A DNA stretch of 64,000 bases from Scyliorhinus canicula. Lineage: Eukaryota. Both the position numbers and the translations under genes were made by a program. The notes beneath the pieces are model-generated. The model was not told the DNA's origin and ran no database searches. It worked only from the letters and a program-made list of their open reading frames with translations. Where the stretch lies: positions 127,413,256 through 127,477,255 of the forward strand of contig NC_052149.1 in assembly GCF_902713615.1 (NCBI RefSeq), in the 5' to 3' direction. Below, piece after piece: positions 59,861 to 64,000 of this stretch (positions within the stretch are counted from its first letter, which is position 1; each line of letters begins with the position of its first letter).

Positions 59861-60926
59861 GATGTTATGTGCTCTGTTATACGTAAAATTCTTCTCTCAA
59901 TAAAAATATTTTTAAAAATATGTACAAAACATCCCAATATGTTTCACAGATCAACAATAAGGGGAATGGAGGAGGGGATGGGGAGACTTTAGGACAATTG
60001 ATCAAAGGATTGGGTGAACGGATGGAGTTTGATGGAGGAGAGAGAGACCTGGAAAGGGGGAAGGATTAAGGGTGAGAGTTCAGAGAGCATAGAACCATAG
60101 AGTTCCTACAGTACAGAAGGAGGCCATTTAGCCCATCGGATCTGCATCAACCCTCTGAAAGAGAAACCAATGAGGCAGGCCCCCCACCCTATAACCCCAT
60201 CTAACCTGCACATATTTGGATACTAAGGGGCAATTTATCATGGCTAATCCACCTAACATGCGCATTTTTGGATTGTGGGAGGAAACCAGAGCACCCGGAG
60301 GAAACCATGCAGAGACAGGGAGAAAGTGCAAACTCCATGCAGGGCCTCAGCATCTGAAGGCTCTGCTGTCAATGGTGGGATGAAGGAAGTAGCGATGGGC
60401 AGGAGACCAGAGTCAGAGGATGGAAGGGTGAGGGAGGGAATGTGAATCTGCAGCAGGACACAGAGGTAGGGAGGAGTGAGGCCATGGAGGGAACTGGAGG
60501 TCAGTGAGGTCAGAGGTTTAGGTCAGCAACATCAGGATTAACAGTTCAGTGGTCAGGGGTAACAGATCAATGAGGTCAGGAGTTGTAGGTCAGCCAGGTC
60601 AGGGGTAACAGCTCAGGGTTAACAGGTCAATGAGGTCAGGGTTAACAGGTCAGTGAGGTCAGGGGGAGTGCTGGAATGGCACTTTGTGAGACAGGGTCTG
60701 GACCCACTGGATTTGGGACAAGTTGGAGATTATGAAGCGTGGATGAAGGAAGCCAGGAGACAACATTGGAATAATGGAGTTAGGAGGCAGGACAAGCCGG
60801 GATAAGGGTTTCTGTGCGCAAGGGGCTGATGTAGTGTAGAGACGGACAATGTTATGGAGATGGAAATAAGAAGCCTCTGTGGTGGACAGGATGCGGAGCC
60901 TGAAACTCAGCTCCTGGAGGACCAGG

Positions 60927-61478
60927 GGGTCCAGTGGGAAGGAAGCTCATGTTTACTGGTCCGTATTGGAGGGTCCAGTAGGAAGGAGTCCCATGTTTAC
61001 TGGTCCCTATTGGAGGGTCCAGTGGGAAGGAGTCCCATGTTTACTGGTCCCTATTGGAGGGTCCAGTGGGAAGGAGGCCTATGTTTACTGGTGGAGGGTC
61101 CAGTGGGAAGGAGTCCCATGTTTACTGGTCCCTATTGGAGGGTCCAGTTGGAAAGAAGCCCATGTTTACTGGTCCAGTGGGAAGGAAGCCCATGTTTACT
61201 GGTCCTATTGGATGGTCCAGTGGGAAGGAGGCCTATGTTTACTGGTCCCTGTTGGAGGGTCCAGTGGGAAGGAGGCCCATGTTTACTGGTCCCTATTGGA
61301 GGGTCAGTGGGAAGGAACCCATGTTTACTGGTCCCTATTGGAGGGTCCAGTGGGAAGGAGGCCCATGTTTACTGGTCCCTATTGAAAGGTCCAGTGGGAA
61401 GGAGTCCCTTGTTTACTGGTCCCATTTGGAGGGTCCAGTGGAAAGGAGGCCCATGTTTGCTGGTCCCTATTGGAGGGT
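60927..61478. repeat. 44-bp minisatellite, ~13 copies (about 3 copies at the paralogous site 3180-3320)
   Basis: Unit GGGTCCAGTGGGAAGGAGGCCCATGTTTACTGGTCCCTATTGGA. Confidence 0.92.
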
Positions 61479-62943
61479 ATAGTGGGATATGGACAGAACA
61501 GTTGATGTGCAGCAGTTTCTTTATGTTATAAATGTGTGATTGTCCATCTTTGGAGAAGTCACAAGATGGATAAAGGGGAACCTGTAGATGTAAAGAACAC
61601 GGAATTCCAAAAGGTATTTGATAAGGTGCCACATCAAATGTTACTACACAAGATACGATCTCATGGTGTATGGGGTAACATCTTGGCATGGATAATAATA
61701 ATAATCTTTATTAATGTCACAGGTAGGCTTACATTAACACTGCAATTAAGTTACTGTGAAAATCCCTGTTCGGGTACATGGATTCAGAATGTCCAATTCA
61801 CATAACAAGCACGTCTTTTGAGACTTGTGGGAGGAAACCGGAACACCCGGAGGAAACCCATGCAGACAGGGGGAGAATGTGCAGACTCCACACAGACAGT
61901 GACCCAAGCCGTGAATCGAAATCGGGACCCTGGCGCTGTGAAGCAACTGTGTTAACCGCTGTGATAATGGATTGGTTAGTTAACAGGAAGCAGAGAGAGG
62001 GGATAAATGGGCCTTTTTCAGCTTGGCAAACTGTAACAACTAGTGGAGTGTCACAGGGATCAATGCTGGAGCCTCAACTATTCACAATCTATGGGCGCAT
62101 TTTAACAGAAATGTCTCTAAGTGTCATTTGTGGCGGGTTTTGTTGGGAGTTTCCACCTGCCTCTGTCGGCGAGTTCCCACCGCTATCTAACCATACTTAG
62201 TCACCCTTTTGGGCTCTGGAGAGTTTTTCACCGGTTTACCTCACACTTAGAATTATTCTCATCACTGGGGAGCTGAACTCAGAGATCGAGCCTGAGTTCC
62301 CTGGAAAGGATGCCCCAATCTCAAAGTCAGCTTGTGGGTCGTCCCCCCCCCCCCCCCCCCCCCCCACCCACCCATGGCCAATGTCATCCCCCACACACAA
62401 ATGGGCACTACCCTACATTTTGGAGTATAACGTGGGTAAATGTGAACTTGTCCACTTTGGCAGGAAGAATAGAAAAGCAGTAAAGTATTTAAATGGAGAG
62501 AGATTGAGGAACTGGCTGCTACAGAGGAATCTGGGTGTCCTGGTACATGAATCACAAAACGTTAGTCTGCAGATCCAGCAAGTGATCAGGAAGGGAAATG
62601 GAATGTTGGTATTTATTACAAGAGGAACGGAAAATAAAAACAAGGGGGAAAAAATCCATTGAAGCTTTGAAGAATGAGACATGATCTTATTGAGACATAT
62701 CAGATTGTGAGTGGAGTTGATCGGGTGGCTATCAGGTGGTTGTTCCCTCTTCTGGAGGAGAGAGAGAAAGAGGAGGAGACAGAGGGACAAAAGAAAGATA
62801 AAGTGAAGGGGAAAGATAGAGAGAGACATGGAGAGAAAGAGAGGGGGTGAGTGCAAACATGGAACATTGCAGGAAGAACAAGGCAGAGAGAGAGAGAGAG
62901 AGACAGTCTGAGGAAGATAGTGAGGGTTGGAGTGAGTGGGAAG

Positions 62944-63037
62944 AGGAAGTGAAGGTGCTGACGTAGTGTCTCTGCCTCATACCATTTACATACTGAGGAA
63001 CGGGCAGTCAGACTCTCACAGGCTGCAGCTTTATAAA
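62944..63037 (+). promoter_or_regulatory. Ig light-chain V promoter, cluster 3
   Basis: Near-identical to 5251-5344; ATTTACAT at 62984-62991, TTTATAAA at 63030-63037. Confidence 0.7.
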
Positions 63038-63097
63038 GCAGAGCCCAGTGAAGGGAGAGTTTATCAGTAACCAGGCACAGGGACAGGAGCAGACACC

Positions 63098-63146
63098 ATG
63101 ATTTCAGCCATCCAGCTGATCTGGCCTCTGGCATTCTGCATCGCAG
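63098..63146 (+). CDS. IGKV: Leader exon, cluster 3
   Basis: Identical to the cluster 1 leader; GT donor at 63147. Confidence 0.9.
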
Positions 63147-63332
63147 GTACAAATCTCTCTCCTTCCACCTTGAATATTTTCCTGCTCTCCATTTCAATCC
63201 AATTCTACTGACTTGTGATTGAAGGGAAAATGCTGAAAGCAGAGGAACAGTCAGTGTCTCCAACAATATCTCATTGTACAGGCTCTTTCTGTGACAGTTC
63301 TTACTTCACTCTGTTTCTCTATTACCCCTCAG

Positions 63333-63631
63333 GTATCAGTGGAGACATCATCATGACCCAGTCTCCCCCGGTGCTGTCAGTGAGCATGGGCCAGACAATC
63401 ATCATCACCTGTACGGCCAGTTAGGATGCAACTGGTGATGTTGAATGGTATCAACAGCGAGAAGGTCAAAAACCCACTCTGCGGATCTATAATGCAGTGG
63501 GCCGATTCACAGGAACATCCAAACGATTCACCGGCAGTGGATCTGGAACACGATTCACCCTGACAATCAGCAATGTGCAGAATGAGGATGTCGCTGATTA
63601 TTACTGTCAGCAAGGAAGCAGCTTCCCCATA
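63333..63631 (+). pseudogene. IGKV: Ig kappa-type V exon, cluster 3, nonsense pseudogene
   Basis: ...TCTAS-TAG (63422-63424, at the Gln codon of V1/V2)[11 protein letters not shown]...[10 protein letters not shown]; otherwise in frame. Confidence 0.88.
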
Positions 63632-63659
63632 CACAGTGATATAGGGCCTTACAAAAACC
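63632..63659 (+). other. 12-RSS of V3
   Basis: CACAGTG, 12 nt, ACAAAAACC; exact consensus. Confidence 0.96.
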
Positions 63660-64000
63660 TCAATACACACAGCACCACCTGCTGTACTGACAAATCCCAC
63701 AGTTTATATAAAATATTATAGACACACAATCCCACCTCCTGTACTGACACATCCCACAGTTTTATATTATATAATAAACACAAGAAAGGAAACTGTACAA
63801 ATGATTCTCACCGTCCACTACACACTCCAGTCCCTGTGGTGTCCACAGCTCACTGAAGGCCTCAAGTTTCCATCTTACTCTCCATGTCCACATATGAAGA
63901 GCAGCTGAAAGATTTATGATCCAAAGATAGAATTCTAAACTCTCCCAACAAAACACAGAGACATTGAGAGAAACAGAGAGTGAGAAAGAGTGAGAGAGAA

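Overview
Cartilaginous-fish genomic DNA (shark; SINE and LINE families suggest a catshark, not provable here) carrying three paralogous immunoglobulin kappa-type (NS4/type III) light-chain clusters in a TE-dense background. Cluster 1 (+, 5251-14860) looks complete and rearranging: promoter, leader, V with 12-RSS, 23-RSS with J, and C. Cluster 2 (-, ~46705 to ~32410) lies tail-to-tail with cluster 1. It keeps an open V with a perfect 12-RSS and an intact C, but has lost its leader/promoter and its J. Cluster 3 (+, from ~62940) lies head-to-head with cluster 2, and its V has a CAG->TAG stop; its J should lie just past the window end. Between clusters 2 and 3 is a 58-bp tandem array in which six consecutive units each carry an extended CTCF-type motif (core plus upstream module), all on one strand. 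This candidate insulator is the most interesting unexplained signal. Paralog comparison shows mosaic identity: C exons ~98% vs adjacent intron ~83%, and V1/V3 promoter-leader-intron ~99% vs V exons ~85%. The rest is L1, CR1 (one with an intact ORF2), Rex1, Harbinger/MITE, Gypsy/solo LTRs, HE1-like and Deu-type SINEs, and simple repeats. Identities are hand counts, and motif functions are untested inferences.
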